Virus record (IMG/VR): IMGVR_UViG_3300035698_035315
Location: 51,703 to 71,702 of that record
Length of the DNA: 20,000 bases
Origin: an uncultured virus (IMG/VR IMGVR_UViG_3300035698_035315)
Taxonomy: Duplodnaviria > Heunggongvirae > Uroviricota > Caudoviricetes
Direction: 5' to 3' (one strand)
The first letter of the stretch is position 1. Every line of letters begins with the position of its first letter. Position numbers and translations under genes: made by a program. The notes beneath the pieces were generated by a model, which saw only the letters and a program-made list of their open reading frames with translations, made no database searches and had not been told where the DNA came from. Of the stretch, positions 1 to 9,505 are shown piece by piece.

Positions 1-2
1 GC

Positions 3-590
3 GGCTATTGCAATGACAATTTGCTGCACCTGACGGTAAAAGACCCTATTTTTTGTGAGTGGTGGAATCATCATTTTGGTAAAGATTCACAAAGCAAAAA
101 GATTCCAGCATGGGTAGAGTTGCTTCCGAAGGACAAATTGATATGGCTTCTTCGTGGGATGATAGACAGTGACGGTTGTATTAACAAAGAGAAGAAAAAG
201 GGTATTGTATCGGCATCAATTACTACCACGAATGAAAAGTTGATGCATCAAGTCTTTCAAATAGGAATTAAATGTGGTATTCCTTTTTCATTCAAGAAGA
301 ATGACGGACGTATGGTCGAAATTGCCAATCATAGACAAAGTATGGGAAGAGACTCGTTTACTGTTTATATTTCTGATGCCGAGAAAACTTCTTCTTTGAT
401 TCGTGGATGTGCAAAAGAGCTTCCTATTTCTATTGGAAAACCAACCGTTAATCAGAACTACAAGGAGATTGATGGTAGATTCTATTATCGGATTGGTGGT
501 GTATCTGAAGTCCCATATCATGGTTGGGTCTACAATCTTGAAGTTGATGGAGACCATACTTATTGTACTGCTCAAGTCCGTCATCATAAT
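3..590 (+). mobile_element. C-terminal part of a LAGLIDADG-containing intein in the portal gene
   Basis: Second LAGLIDADG motif 'WLLRGMIDSDGCI', block F 'VYNLEVDGDHTY', and block G 'HHN|C' (AAT 588-590, Cys TGC 591-593). Confidence 0.93.
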
Positions 591-1883
591 TGCTACATAT
601 TTCATGAGTGGGATGAGAAGTCTAAGAAATGGGATAGGATAGTTATACTTCCTCCTGAAGAGGTTGCAGTATTTCAGTATCCATTTTCTGATATTGCTCG
701 TGTAGAGTATAAGCCTGAGCGTTTAATGCAGTTACTTGAGTCTTCGGAGGATATGCAAACATCTGAAATGGATGATTTGTCTCGTGAGATTGTGTTGAAC
801 ACTCCAGATGAAATCAAGAAGATGGTTAGAAAGAACGGGGCTATCATAATGGACACTGATCCAACAAGTGGGTCTTTTGTTCATCACATGGCTCGGATGC
901 GGTCCCCATACATGGATTTGGGCGTATCTGTTCTTGAGCGAGTTTTGATACCGATGCTCATGAAAGAGCATTACAGGTATACGCAGTTATCGTTAGCAAG
1001 TCGTAATATGACACCGAAGAACAAGATACAGGCTCCGATGTTGACGGGGGATCAGCTTGAGGATTTACGGACTCAGATAGACCTTTCGTATTTAGACCCT
1101 GAGTATTCTATTGTTACGAATTACGAATGGGATTGGGAGCAAATTGGTGCTGACGCAAGATTGCTTGATTTGTCGCGTGAGTATGAGGTAATTGAGAGTC
1201 AGGTTTTTGCAGGCTTAGGAGTAACTCGCGAGCTTTTGACTGGCGAAGGTTCGTATAGTGGCAATCGTATAACAGTTGAAATTCTCAACACAATGTTTCT
1301 CATTGTTCGTGAGGTATTACAAGAGTATGTTGAGCACAAGTTGTTCAAGCCTGTTGCCGAGGCACATGGCTGGTATGAAGAGGGCAAGAATGGCGTAAAG
1401 AAGTATTGGTATCCTAGACTTGGGTTCAACCGGCTTACGATTCGTGACAATCAGGAAGTATTTGACAGTCTTTTTCAGTTGTATCAGAAGGGCAGTTTAC
1501 CTGTTGATATCATCTATGAATTGTTCAATCTTGATCCTGATTCCATTCACGAGAAGATTTACGAAGACTTGTTTACCGTAAAGGACCCCACTTTCAATCG
1601 TGCAGTAGAGAACATCAATGATGATACTGGCCGCGCTCTTGTAGAGCGTAGTGATGTTGTTGACAGGGTTGGTAAATATCTTGGATTGAAAGTAAAGCCA
1701 CCTGAAGGTGAAGAAGATGGCGGATTTGGTGATTTTGGTGGCGGATTTGGCGATGAAGAGGGCGGTGATGGTGGTTTAGAAGCTGAAGCTGAAGAATTGG
1801 CATCGACCATTTCAGAGGAATTACCAGCAGACTCTTCTGATGAGGAAATTGAAGAAGTAGTTGATTCGGTTTTAGAGGAGTAA
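3..1883 (+). CDS. Phage portal protein containing an intein (5' end lies outside the window)
   Basis: The frame is open from position 3. The C-extein (from Cys at 591) has portal-like segments: 'HHMARMRSPYMDLGVSVLERVL' and 'IESQVFAGLGVTRELLTGEGSYSG'. It has an acidic Gly-rich tail and is the first gene of a protease/scaffold/MCP module. Confidence 0.8.
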   Translation, partial: GYCNDNLLHLTVKDPIFCEWWNHHFGKDSQSKKIPAWVELLPKDKLIWLLRGMIDSDGCINKEKKKGIVSASITTTNEKLMHQVFQIGIKCGIPFSFKKNDGRMVEIANHRQSMGRDSFTVYISDAEKTSSLIRGCAKELPISIGKPTVNQNYKEIDGRFYYRIGGVSEVPYHGWVYNLEVDGDHTYCTAQVRHHNCYIFHEWDEKSKKWDRIVILPPEEVAVFQYPFSDIARVEYKPERLMQLLESSEDMQTSEMDDLSREIVLNTPDEIKKMVRKNGAIIMDTDPTSGSFVHHMARMRSPYMDLGVSVLERVLIPMLMKEHYRYTQLSLASRNMTPKNKIQAPMLTGDQLEDLRTQIDLSYLDPEYSIVTNYEWDWEQIGADARLLDLSREYEVIESQVFAGLGVTRELLTGEGSYSGNRITVEILNTMFLIVREVLQEYVEHKLFKPVAEAHGWYEEGKNGVKKYWYPRLGFNRLTIRDNQEVFDSLFQLYQKGSLPVDIIYELFNLDPDSIHEKIYEDLFTVKDPTFNRAVENINDDTGRALVERSDVVDRVGKYLGLKVKPPEGEEDGGFGDFGGGFGDEEGGDGGLEAEAEELASTISEELPADSSDEEIEEVVDSVLEE

Positions 1884-1887
1884 TCTG

Positions 1888-3753
1888 ATGAGAATGGAAG
1901 CTAGGATGTTGATTCGACTGGCTATGCTTGAGCATGGTATTATTGCTCAAGACGAACAGTCTGTCGAAGAAAAAGACAAGCAACCGCCAGTTGAAGAATC
2001 CGAAGAGAAGCAGTCAGAGGGGGATGAAAAATCTGATGATTCGGGTTCATCTGAATCCGAAGTTGACAAACAATCTGAATTCAAAAAACTCGTTATTGAC
2101 AAAGTAAAAGAGAAGTTGCAGTCGAATGGAAAAGCAGAAGATATAGTAATTGTTTCTTCTGATAGTTCCAAGGTTTCCAAGGTTGCTAAAGACATTGGTC
2201 TCAATATGGAAGTGACTGAGGACAATGTTCATGACGTGCTATATTCTCTTGGCGAAATGATGGACGAAGAGGCGCCCGGCGATGAAGAGGAAAAAGCAGA
2301 AGAACGTGAAAAGCCAAACAAGATGACAGAAGAGGAGGCGGAAGAGGCGGAGAGGTCTGATGATAACCAGTCTGATAAAAAACAGTCTGAAGAAGAGACA
2401 GAGAATTCTGACACAGAACCAGTTAAGAAGAAAGACAATTCAAAGAGTAACAAGATTGAGAAGGAAGTAAAAGAAAAGGCAGAGGATGTCAAGGAGAAGG
2501 CTGAAGATGTGGCAAAGGCGATGAATACAGAAGATGTAGTTGAGCTTTTCAATCGTGTAGTTGAAATGGTCACACTTTTGATAAAAGCTAATCCTCCCCG
2601 TATTCGTCGTAAGTCGTCTGATAACGCATATATGGAAAATGTTATAGACCGAATGGCAGATCGATATCTACGAGTAGCTACTCAGCTTGTAGTGGCTGCG
2701 GATAAAGATATTCCAGAAGGATATGAATTGCATGTTTTTGAGAAAGGTCCTGACGAAGGAAAAAAGATATACAGAACAAAGAAGCAGGTGAAGGGCGAAT
2801 ATCATTATGCTCCGGTTGAGGGTGAGAAGTATAGTGTTGACCGTTTCAAGAAAAAGAAAGAAGAGCCAGGAACAGAGAAGCCTGTTGAGAAACAATTTGA
2901 ATCTTTTGGTAATGCTGATTCGGTAGGTACGGCCAAATGGCACAATTCAGAAGAGCCTTTGGATGTTGAGAATGAAGGATTGATGGCGAAACGTGGTTTT
3001 ACAAAGATAGAGCCTGATTCGATTCAATTGGATGATGATATGCAGGTTGCTGATATCAAGACAGGGAAAATTTATCGTTTTGGCGATTTACCCCAGGAGT
3101 TTCAAGATAGAATAAAGTCTATTGTGGCTACAAAAGGTGCATGGAGGGCTCCTACGGATGCTGTTCTATCAAAAAAGCCAAATGAAGAATCTGAGAAGCC
3201 CAAAGCAGAGTCGGAAAAGCCCAAAGTAGAATCGAAAAAGATAGATAAAGCCAAGAGTAGTGTAGGTGAAATTGGCAAGGTCAAAGATTTCAAAGAGCTG
3301 ATTAGCAAGTTCAATGCAATTTTGAAGGATACTGGGGTAGATGAGGGATTTGCCAAGTTTATGCAATCCTATGTTTACAATTTACCAGAAAGTGAAATGG
3401 CACATTTACAAGGCAAGACTACACGGGAAATAATGGAATTGGTTATGAGTGAAATGTTGGACGGATATGCTTCCACAAAGGCTGCCTCAATGCGCTCTGC
3501 TGCAATAGCTGAAAGATTAGCAGAAGATTTGATTGCATTGAGTCTTGTTCGTCAAGCTGTTCGAGGATTACAGGTAAAACGTAAAGACAAGGACACAATG
3601 AGCGACACAGGTGGTAGTAGTAAAGGGCGACAGCGAGAACCTGAAATTAAGCCGCCTCGTGATGACTTGAAAAAGCATTTTCGTAAGAAGCGTAAACGTC
3701 CCGGCGAGATGGATAAGGATGTAGATTGCGACCCAGATAAGCGGCCAGACTGA
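1888..3753 (+). CDS. Large Glu/Lys-rich hypothetical head-region protein (621 aa)
   Basis: Long ORF with a GAGGAG SD. Low-complexity, with short internal repeats (EKAEDV x2, ESEKPK x2). No recognisable catalytic motif. Confidence 0.75.
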   Translation: MRMEARMLIRLAMLEHGIIAQDEQSVEEKDKQPPVEESEEKQSEGDEKSDDSGSSESEVDKQSEFKKLVIDKVKEKLQSNGKAEDIVIVSSDSSKVSKVAKDIGLNMEVTEDNVHDVLYSLGEMMDEEAPGDEEEKAEEREKPNKMTEEEAEEAERSDDNQSDKKQSEEETENSDTEPVKKKDNSKSNKIEKEVKEKAEDVKEKAEDVAKAMNTEDVVELFNRVVEMVTLLIKANPPRIRRKSSDNAYMENVIDRMADRYLRVATQLVVAADKDIPEGYELHVFEKGPDEGKKIYRTKKQVKGEYHYAPVEGEKYSVDRFKKKKEEPGTEKPVEKQFESFGNADSVGTAKWHNSEEPLDVENEGLMAKRGFTKIEPDSIQLDDDMQVADIKTGKIYRFGDLPQEFQDRIKSIVATKGAWRAPTDAVLSKKPNEESEKPKAESEKPKVESKKIDKAKSSVGEIGKVKDFKELISKFNAILKDTGVDEGFAKFMQSYVYNLPESEMAHLQGKTTREIMELVMSEMLDGYASTKAASMRSAAIAERLAEDLIALSLVRQAVRGLQVKRKDKDTMSDTGGSSKGRQREPEIKPPRDDLKKHFRKKRKRPGEMDKDVDCDPDKRPD

Positions 3754-3782
3754 GGCGAGGCCACAAGAACCGAGGACATAAG

Positions 3783-4040
3783 ATGAAAAGAGAAAGGATA
3801 GCAAAGATGGTTGATCGTATTGCACAGGATGAAGAAAGCAAGCCTTTGATGAATGTTGATCAGGCGATAGATAACATGGTAGCTGCAATAGTGACTATTG
3901 ATGAGAATCTTTCGGCCATTGATACCGAAACTCCAGCACAGAAAAAAGCCCTTGTGACTGTTCGGGATTTAGTAGAAACGGCAGTAGCCCCATACACGGC
4001 TGACATTATCAAAGCCATGGAGGCTTTTGAAACGGGGTAG
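3783..4040 (+). CDS. Hypothetical protein (85 aa)
   Basis: GAGGA SD upstream, tight packing, N-terminal 'IAKMVDRIAQDEE'. Confidence 0.7.
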   Translation: MKRERIAKMVDRIAQDEESKPLMNVDQAIDNMVAAIVTIDENLSAIDTETPAQKKALVTVRDLVETAVAPYTADIIKAMEAFETG

Positions 4041-4433
4041 ATGATGGCTAATAATACAGGTCTTGATACTGATATTACTCAGAAGACTTTGACGGCTGCT
4101 GATCTTGTTCAAAATGATGAATTGACGTTCCCATATCCTGAAGGTGGTGGGCCACGTCGTGCACCTGGAAATGGTTGCACGGTTTGTGTTCACAAGGGAT
4201 ATTGTACGGCTTTGTATTACTTTAGGCGTTACACAAAAGCAGAACCTGACAAGAACAATGGCACGGATTGCAAATCATGGTCTAAGAATCCTAAAGACCA
4301 AATCAAGAAATGGTCACAGCATGATGTTGATGAAAACATTCGCTTGACTGCGATAGATGGCATTCTCACCGAGCCGAATCGTAATGGAATTGTAGAGCCT
4401 ACGACTGGCGCACCTAACAAACCGTTCATGTGA
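4041..4433 (+). CDS. Hypothetical Cys-motif protein, possibly metal-binding
   Basis: Abuts the upstream stop codon. Contains CxxC-x5-C ... C ('CTVCVHKGYC...TDC'). Confidence 0.7.
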   Translation: MMANNTGLDTDITQKTLTAADLVQNDELTFPYPEGGGPRRAPGNGCTVCVHKGYCTALYYFRRYTKAEPDKNNGTDCKSWSKNPKDQIKKWSQHDVDENIRLTAIDGILTEPNRNGIVEPTTGAPNKPFM

Positions 4434-4443
4434 GAGGGGAATT

Positions 4444-4848
4444 ATGCCTCGTGATATTCAAGAAGTTGTGAAGCGTGGAGTTAATCGGGACGATTTTATT
4501 CGTGGCGTTGAGTCAAAAGCATCGCGCAGGCGTCCTACTCGCACAAGAGTAAAGGTTAAAGGGACATTATTTGCGATACGAAACAAGCGTTTGGCAATAC
4601 GTGAGGCGGCATTACGTAAAGTTCAAATAGCGTTCACTTACAAAAAGATTACTACGAACAAGTCCAAAAAGTACATTGTGGCTCCGTATGAATTCAAATA
4701 TCGTCGTCTAAAGATAGGTGTGCGTAAGATGTTGTATGCTTATGATATGGAAGCAAAACATATCAAGTCGTTTGCTTTGAAGAACATTCGAAATGTAGCT
4801 CTTACTGATAGGAAGTTTCGACCGAAATGGCCCATTTTGATTACTTGA
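4444..4848 (+). CDS. Standalone WYL-like domain protein (134 aa, basic)
   Basis: 'IAFTYKK...KYIVAPYEF...MLYAYDMEAKHIKSFALKNIRNVALTDRKF' matches the WYL pattern (I.F.Y, V.PY, YL.A.D, R.F.L..I..V). GAGGGG SD. Confidence 0.7.
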   Translation: MPRDIQEVVKRGVNRDDFIRGVESKASRRRPTRTRVKVKGTLFAIRNKRLAIREAALRKVQIAFTYKKITTNKSKKYIVAPYEFKYRRLKIGVRKMLYAYDMEAKHIKSFALKNIRNVALTDRKFRPKWPILIT

Positions 4849-4860
4849 TATAGTCAAAAG

Positions 4861-4880
4861 TTCACAATTCTTTTATATTT
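4861..4880 (+). promoter_or_regulatory. Putative phage promoter motif TTCACAATT(C/T)TTTTAT, copy 1
   Basis: Intergenic TTCACAATTCTTTTATATT closely matches the cores at 13236-13254 and 13797-13812. Confidence 0.5.
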
Positions 4881-4920
4881 AGGTTTGTAGTAGAGAAAAA
4901 AAGTTAATGGAGGCTTACTG

Positions 4921-5703
4921 ATGAAACGACGTGGAAGCTCATTTTATAGGTCGGAAGTTGCTCCAATGTTCCAACAATTTAGTGTTGGCGACATTGTGAC
5001 GCCGCTCTTTTTGGACACTTACCCGGTCGTTCATGGGACGATTGTTGATGTGCGGCCCAAAGAGGCCAAGATTTATGTAGCGTGGAATAATGGTCCTATA
5101 AAACAACATGACCCTGATGAGATACAGGTTGTGCCTTTTGAGGCTCGCCGGGTATCACGAGTTGTCAAGAAAAGCAAAGATTTGAAGTCTGAAGACAAGT
5201 ATGTTGGTGATCCCAAGACGCATGGAATTGATAAGCCCCGTGGCGGCGGCTTTTCGATATTACAAGATTTAGCTGATGACTTACATGAAGAGAGTTATGA
5301 AGAGGCCCAAAAGCAGACTAAAGAAATTGAGAAAGAATTGAAGAATCGTCGTGGGAGCAGATTAGGCGAAACTCTTCTCGAAAAGTCTACGACTTGGCAT
5401 GAAGATGGTTCAGTAGAAAAGAAAGTAAGGATGTGGGAAGACGATTACGACTATGATGGTGATGAATACGATGATGAAGACGATGAAGATGAGGTTTTTG
5501 AGGTTAGTGATTTGCGTCGTGCTGTTTATCATAATGAACGTGGTAGAATATACAGGCGGACTCGTCTTGAAGGTGATTCAAGCGTGTTGATATGTCCACG
5601 TTGCAAGAGTGATGGCTTAGAATTACAGCCATTTACGAAAAGCGTGAAGATATACATTTGTCCTGAATGTGGATGGAAAATTACAACTGACAAGCTTATA
5701 TAG
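4921..5703 (+). CDS. Hypothetical protein: N-terminal SH3-like barrel, acidic linker, C-terminal zinc ribbon
   Basis: 'FSVGDIV...GTIVDV...YVAW' at the N-terminus and 'CPRC...CPECG' at the C-terminus. GGAGG SD. Confidence 0.75.
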   Translation: MKRRGSSFYRSEVAPMFQQFSVGDIVTPLFLDTYPVVHGTIVDVRPKEAKIYVAWNNGPIKQHDPDEIQVVPFEARRVSRVVKKSKDLKSEDKYVGDPKTHGIDKPRGGGFSILQDLADDLHEESYEEAQKQTKEIEKELKNRRGSRLGETLLEKSTTWHEDGSVEKKVRMWEDDYDYDGDEYDDEDDEDEVFEVSDLRRAVYHNERGRIYRRTRLEGDSSVLICPRCKSDGLELQPFTKSVKIYICPECGWKITTDKLI

Positions 5704-5712
5704 GAGAATCTG

Positions 5713-6105
5713 ATGAACGAGAAAAGAGTAGCAAAAAAACTGCTTAGATTAGCAAAAGAGTGTTTGGGTGTAAGTCTGAGTGATGAAGCTAGTGAATTAT
5801 TATTATACATAAATAACGATGCTCAATTGTACAGACAACAATTTATTCCGATAGTAAAGAATTTGATGCTCAAGCGCGCGAAGGGCATCTATGATAGTCT
5901 TAAGGCTGTGAAGTTGTTTATGTATTTGGTAGATGCTGGTGCCAAGAAGTATATTAAGGAATTTGGTTCGCCAGGTGATAGTATGCGCAGTATGTTTCCC
6001 AAGTCTGTGCGTCTTAAAGTTGCCGAAGAGTTGCGTGATGACTTTGAGGATGAGGCAGACCTTGGGAATTGGGACGATTTCATTCCTGCGAAGTATCAGG
6101 TATAA
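5713..6105 (+). CDS. Hypothetical phage protein with the shared N-terminal helix motif
   Basis: AGGAG SD; begins 'MNEKRVAKKLLRLAKECLG'. Confidence 0.8.
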   Translation: MNEKRVAKKLLRLAKECLGVSLSDEASELLLYINNDAQLYRQQFIPIVKNLMLKRAKGIYDSLKAVKLFMYLVDAGAKKYIKEFGSPGDSMRSMFPKSVRLKVAEELRDDFEDEADLGNWDDFIPAKYQV

Positions 6106-6125
6106 AATCATAAAAGGATTTGTTG

Positions 6126-7466
6126 ATGAGGACAGCTTCAATTGAGATGCGTGAAGAAAGGGGCCAGTTGATTGTAACTGGTCCTTTTATAGAGATGAGA
6201 GAAGTATTCCCTAAGTTGAAAAGCAGGGGATTCAAGTATAATAGTTCGGACAAGAGTTGGCGCATAGAGAAGTCACAGTTGACTGCTCGCAAGTTGAAGA
6301 ATTTAGACAAATTATTGGACAATAGCAGGAATGAGACATTAGTTCAAATGGCGTCAGCGAAGGATGTTTTGGACAAGCTAGATGGCTTACAGTTTTTTCG
6401 TGTTGAGTATAATGGCAAAAAGGGATTTGCCATTCATGGCAATGTTTTTGATTTCAAAGAAATTGTCAAGAAAGCTGGGGGGCGCTGGAATAGGGGTGCT
6501 TCAAGATATGATTTTGAGTACTATAATTTTGACGTAGACAAATTAGAATTGGTAGTAGACAAGATACTCAAGGCAGAGAAAGATTCAAAGCGTTTACGGT
6601 CGGAAATACGCGGCAAGTTGGACAACAAGGATTTTGGGATAGTTTCTACGCATTTACGTGATTCGTATTTGTATATTATGTCAACATCCAAGAAGTATCG
6701 TGATATCATCAAGCAACATTTTCCAAAAGCTCGTTGGAAATTGCCTTATTGGATGATAAAAGTCTCTGATATTGAGTATACTAACGTAGACAAGTTCATA
6801 AAGAAAGTCAATGAATTAGAAGAATCATCGTTTCAAGACAAGTCTAAGCCGAAGAAAGACAAGAAGCGTTCTACTTCGGCAGATTATTCATGGTCTGTCG
6901 GTGAGGGTTATGGTGGTAAGTCTTACAAGCGTGGCACTGTTGTGGTAGCTCCTCTTTCTGATCAGAAAAAAGGATGGCCTAAGTATTTGTATATTTTGAA
7001 GACTGAGAGTACATATTTTAGGGAAGATGGTATGAGTTTTGGCGTTGGGGATGATAGTGGTAAGTTATTTTATTATTCTGCTAGGGCGGCCACTCCTGAA
7101 GAGGCTCAGCCTTTGATAGATGAGTCAACTGAAAGGGCAAGCAAGTCAAAGGCTTTGAAGGAATTGAAAGATATTGGGCTTGATATACGCAAAAAAGGTC
7201 GTTGTCCTAAAGTTATGGTAAAGCCAAAGGGTAACAAATACGTATTGAATAGCAATTTGATACCTTATGGTGGCGGTTCATGGTTTGTAGTAGATAGTGG
7301 AGTGGTGTGGTATGTGGTGAATAATGGCAGTGATGGGGATAATTGGGATTTAAACAATGTTCAAACTGGTGGTGCTGGCGCTATTGGGCATCGTATTAGA
7401 GATAGATTTATAGCACAAAGAGTAGAGTATTTGGCTGGTATTATGGGCATCAAACCGAGCAAGTAG
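6126..7466 (+). CDS. Basic multidomain hypothetical protein with three DUF5710/HARP-like repeats
   Basis: ATG 6126 follows AAAGGA. Repeats 'LKSRGFKYNSSDKSWRI', 'VKKAGGRWNRGASRYDF' and 'IKQHFPKARWKLPYWMI'. Gly/Asn-rich C-terminal domain 'NNGSDGDNWDLNNVQTGGAGAIG'. Confidence 0.65.
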   Translation: MRTASIEMREERGQLIVTGPFIEMREVFPKLKSRGFKYNSSDKSWRIEKSQLTARKLKNLDKLLDNSRNETLVQMASAKDVLDKLDGLQFFRVEYNGKKGFAIHGNVFDFKEIVKKAGGRWNRGASRYDFEYYNFDVDKLELVVDKILKAEKDSKRLRSEIRGKLDNKDFGIVSTHLRDSYLYIMSTSKKYRDIIKQHFPKARWKLPYWMIKVSDIEYTNVDKFIKKVNELEESSFQDKSKPKKDKKRSTSADYSWSVGEGYGGKSYKRGTVVVAPLSDQKKGWPKYLYILKTESTYFREDGMSFGVGDDSGKLFYYSARAATPEEAQPLIDESTERASKSKALKELKDIGLDIRKKGRCPKVMVKPKGNKYVLNSNLIPYGGGSWFVVDSGVVWYVVNNGSDGDNWDLNNVQTGGAGAIGHRIRDRFIAQRVEYLAGIMGIKPSK

Positions 7467-7481
7467 ACTTTTGGGGTTGAT

Positions 7482-7946
7482 ATGTCAGAACACGAACGTA
7501 TGATTGGATTGTTGTTGAGTAATCCGACTATTTTGGGAAAAGCGTTAGATTTTCCAAAGGTTTGGATACGTTGCAAAGAATATATAATTGATCCGGTTAC
7601 ACAAGAGAAAGCGGACTTGATATTTCAGAACAAGTATAATGCTTATCGTGCCGAACTTGATACAGTTTGTTTTGTAGTAGAGTTGAAGAGTGATCAGGCC
7701 GATCATGAGGTAGTTGGTCAGCTTCAGAAAGCAGTTGATCTTATGGCCAAGACTGGGCCGCGAATAGGCCATTGGTATGACACCAAGGGTATAGCCATTG
7801 CTAAACAGTATACAGCTAGTGGGTTGCGCTTGCTTCATAATGCGGGTTTTCGTGCGTTTTTATGGGGAGAGTCGGAAGAATCAGGTGTTTTTCTTAGAGA
7901 GCTTAGTTCTAAGAAACGCAAGAAAAAATCGTTTGCGGTAACATAG
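7482..7946 (+). CDS. PD-(D/E)XK nuclease resembling the NucS/EndoMS C-terminal domain
   Basis: 'KEY...KADLIF...FVVELKSDQADHEVVGQL...GIAIA' matches the E...D...E-x-K...Q restriction-endonuclease-like fold. Confidence 0.75.
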   Translation: MSEHERMIGLLLSNPTILGKALDFPKVWIRCKEYIIDPVTQEKADLIFQNKYNAYRAELDTVCFVVELKSDQADHEVVGQLQKAVDLMAKTGPRIGHWYDTKGIAIAKQYTASGLRLLHNAGFRAFLWGESEESGVFLRELSSKKRKKKSFAVT

Positions 7947-7980
7947 CAATTTGAATTATTTGTTACCAAGGAGTCAAGTA

Positions 7981-8403
7981 ATGAATTGCAAAAAATTGGC
8001 ACAGGAGTTAGTGAGGCTTGCAAAGGTTTTGATAAGTGAGGATGATGGATTTATGGATAGCGAGGCTTATCTTTCTCAGGACGATGTTGATCTTGCGATT
8101 GGCCAGCAGTTTGTTGCGAGCATGAATGACCGTGATTATTTGACTTTTGAAGAAGTAAAAGTTCTTTGTGTTTCATGTGCTGACAAGATGAAAGAAGCCG
8201 GCGTAACACGAATCAAGAAGTCGAGTTTTTCTCGTGTTGCCAAAATGACTTGGGATGAATGTATTGCTGAGGCAAAAGCTACTGGCAAGACCAACCCCGA
8301 GGCTTTTTGTGGATGGCTTCGTGCTTATGGACCACATGGAACGGTAAAGCCTTCGAAGCCTGGCAAAGTCCCAAAGGGGTATCATCCACAAAAGGGGAAG
8401 TAA
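7981..8403 (+). CDS. Hypothetical head-region protein (140 aa)
   Basis: ATG 7981 after AAGGAG is preferred to the TTG at 7951. Begins 'MNCKKLAQELVRLAKVLIS'; has CxxC and 'WDECI...NPEAFCGWL' segments. Confidence 0.75.
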   Translation: MNCKKLAQELVRLAKVLISEDDGFMDSEAYLSQDDVDLAIGQQFVASMNDRDYLTFEEVKVLCVSCADKMKEAGVTRIKKSSFSRVAKMTWDECIAEAKATGKTNPEAFCGWLRAYGPHGTVKPSKPGKVPKGYHPQKGK

Positions 8404-8404
8404 A

Positions 8405-8701
8405 ATGAACGGAAAGCAAGTAGCACAACAATTAGTAAGATTAGCAAAAGAGCTTTCTTCTGCTAGAGAGACAAAGCTTCAGAAAGAAGTAGCGAAGCGG
8501 ATTGATAAAGCCTATGAGTTGATATATCAAGCAGACATTCTTTTGAGTAATTGTTATGAAGGTGACAAGAGTAGCCCAAATGACAAAGCTGTAAAAGAGA
8601 TAAGGTTTGGGGTTTTGCGTCCTGCATTGAAAGAGATGGGTTCTCTCGGTTGGTCCAAACCACTTTCAAGTGTGACTTTTGTGCCTGAAAAGTTTAGGTA
8701 A
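8405..8701 (+). CDS. Hypothetical protein with the shared N-terminal helix motif
   Basis: Begins 'MNGKQVAQQLVRLAKELSSA'; starts 1 nt after the upstream stop codon. Confidence 0.75.
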   Translation: MNGKQVAQQLVRLAKELSSARETKLQKEVAKRIDKAYELIYQADILLSNCYEGDKSSPNDKAVKEIRFGVLRPALKEMGSLGWSKPLSSVTFVPEKFR

Positions 8702-8763
8702 TCTTCAGCCATTGTGGTTTGAAGAAAAAACTGGTTGAAGGGAAAGAGAAACAGGAGTGAAAA

Positions 8764-9009
8764 ATGGCTTACAGTAAATCGTATCAGACAGTAGTAGCAG
8801 GTCGTGTTCGTGAGGACGAGATGCCTTTTTTCCGTCAGAACCGGATTGCGGCGCCGCCTAACACGTTCATAATTTCAAGTATTGGCGGGCAGAAGCAGCC
8901 TACAATTACACTTACTCCTTTGGAAGACGTGAATGTAGGCAAGAAAGACAATCGCACTCAGGGTGATAATGCCTATTTACCCGGCTCCTACAACTGCATC
9001 TCGCAATAA
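8764..9009 (+). CDS. Hypothetical protein (81 aa)
   Basis: AGGAG SD and co-directional with its neighbours. Confidence 0.7.
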   Translation: MAYSKSYQTVVAGRVREDEMPFFRQNRIAAPPNTFIISSIGGQKQPTITLTPLEDVNVGKKDNRTQGDNAYLPGSYNCISQ

Positions 9010-9098
9010 TTATGCTATATTGTGGATTGTTTAGGACGCAGATTGTCCGATTTTGCATTTGTGTAAAGCCGGCATAAGGAACAGATAGGAGGATTGTT

Positions 9099-9470
9099 AT
9101 GACTGGAATCAACAATTGGGAATATGCAAAGTGGGCGATTGTTATTGGGCGTTCTTTGCGCTTCAATCCGCCCGTTGCAAATAGTGTAGAGTACAACACC
9201 GTTTTGAGTTTCATTGGTTCTGTTACGAACATAAGTCGTCAATGGCTTAAAGAGAGTGTGTATTGGAAAATGCGTACTCCTAATGTCAATTACAACATTA
9301 CTCCAAATGATTTAGGTGAAGCAGTTGTGTCAATTGGTCGCGACATGATGAAGATACCGGTTAGAGATGCCGTTGAAAGAACATGGGTTCAATGGTTGAT
9401 TATAGCTACTGGTAATCGTCGTTATGGGGCCAAGGGCAATACGATTGGTTCCAAAGTAACGGTGCCCTAA
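9099..9470 (+). CDS. Hypothetical protein (123 aa)
   Basis: AGGAGG SD. Confidence 0.75.
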   Translation: MTGINNWEYAKWAIVIGRSLRFNPPVANSVEYNTVLSFIGSVTNISRQWLKESVYWKMRTPNVNYNITPNDLGEAVVSIGRDMMKIPVRDAVERTWVQWLIIATGNRRYGAKGNTIGSKVTVP

Positions 9471-9505
9471 TCTTAGCAAACAGTAATGAAAACAGGAGGA
9501 AAAGG

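Noticed and set aside
8703..8740. CTTCAGCCA with two alternative pairing partners as an RNA switch
   Set aside because: The stems are short, with no U-tract or recognisable aptamer, so it cannot be told apart from a simple hairpin.
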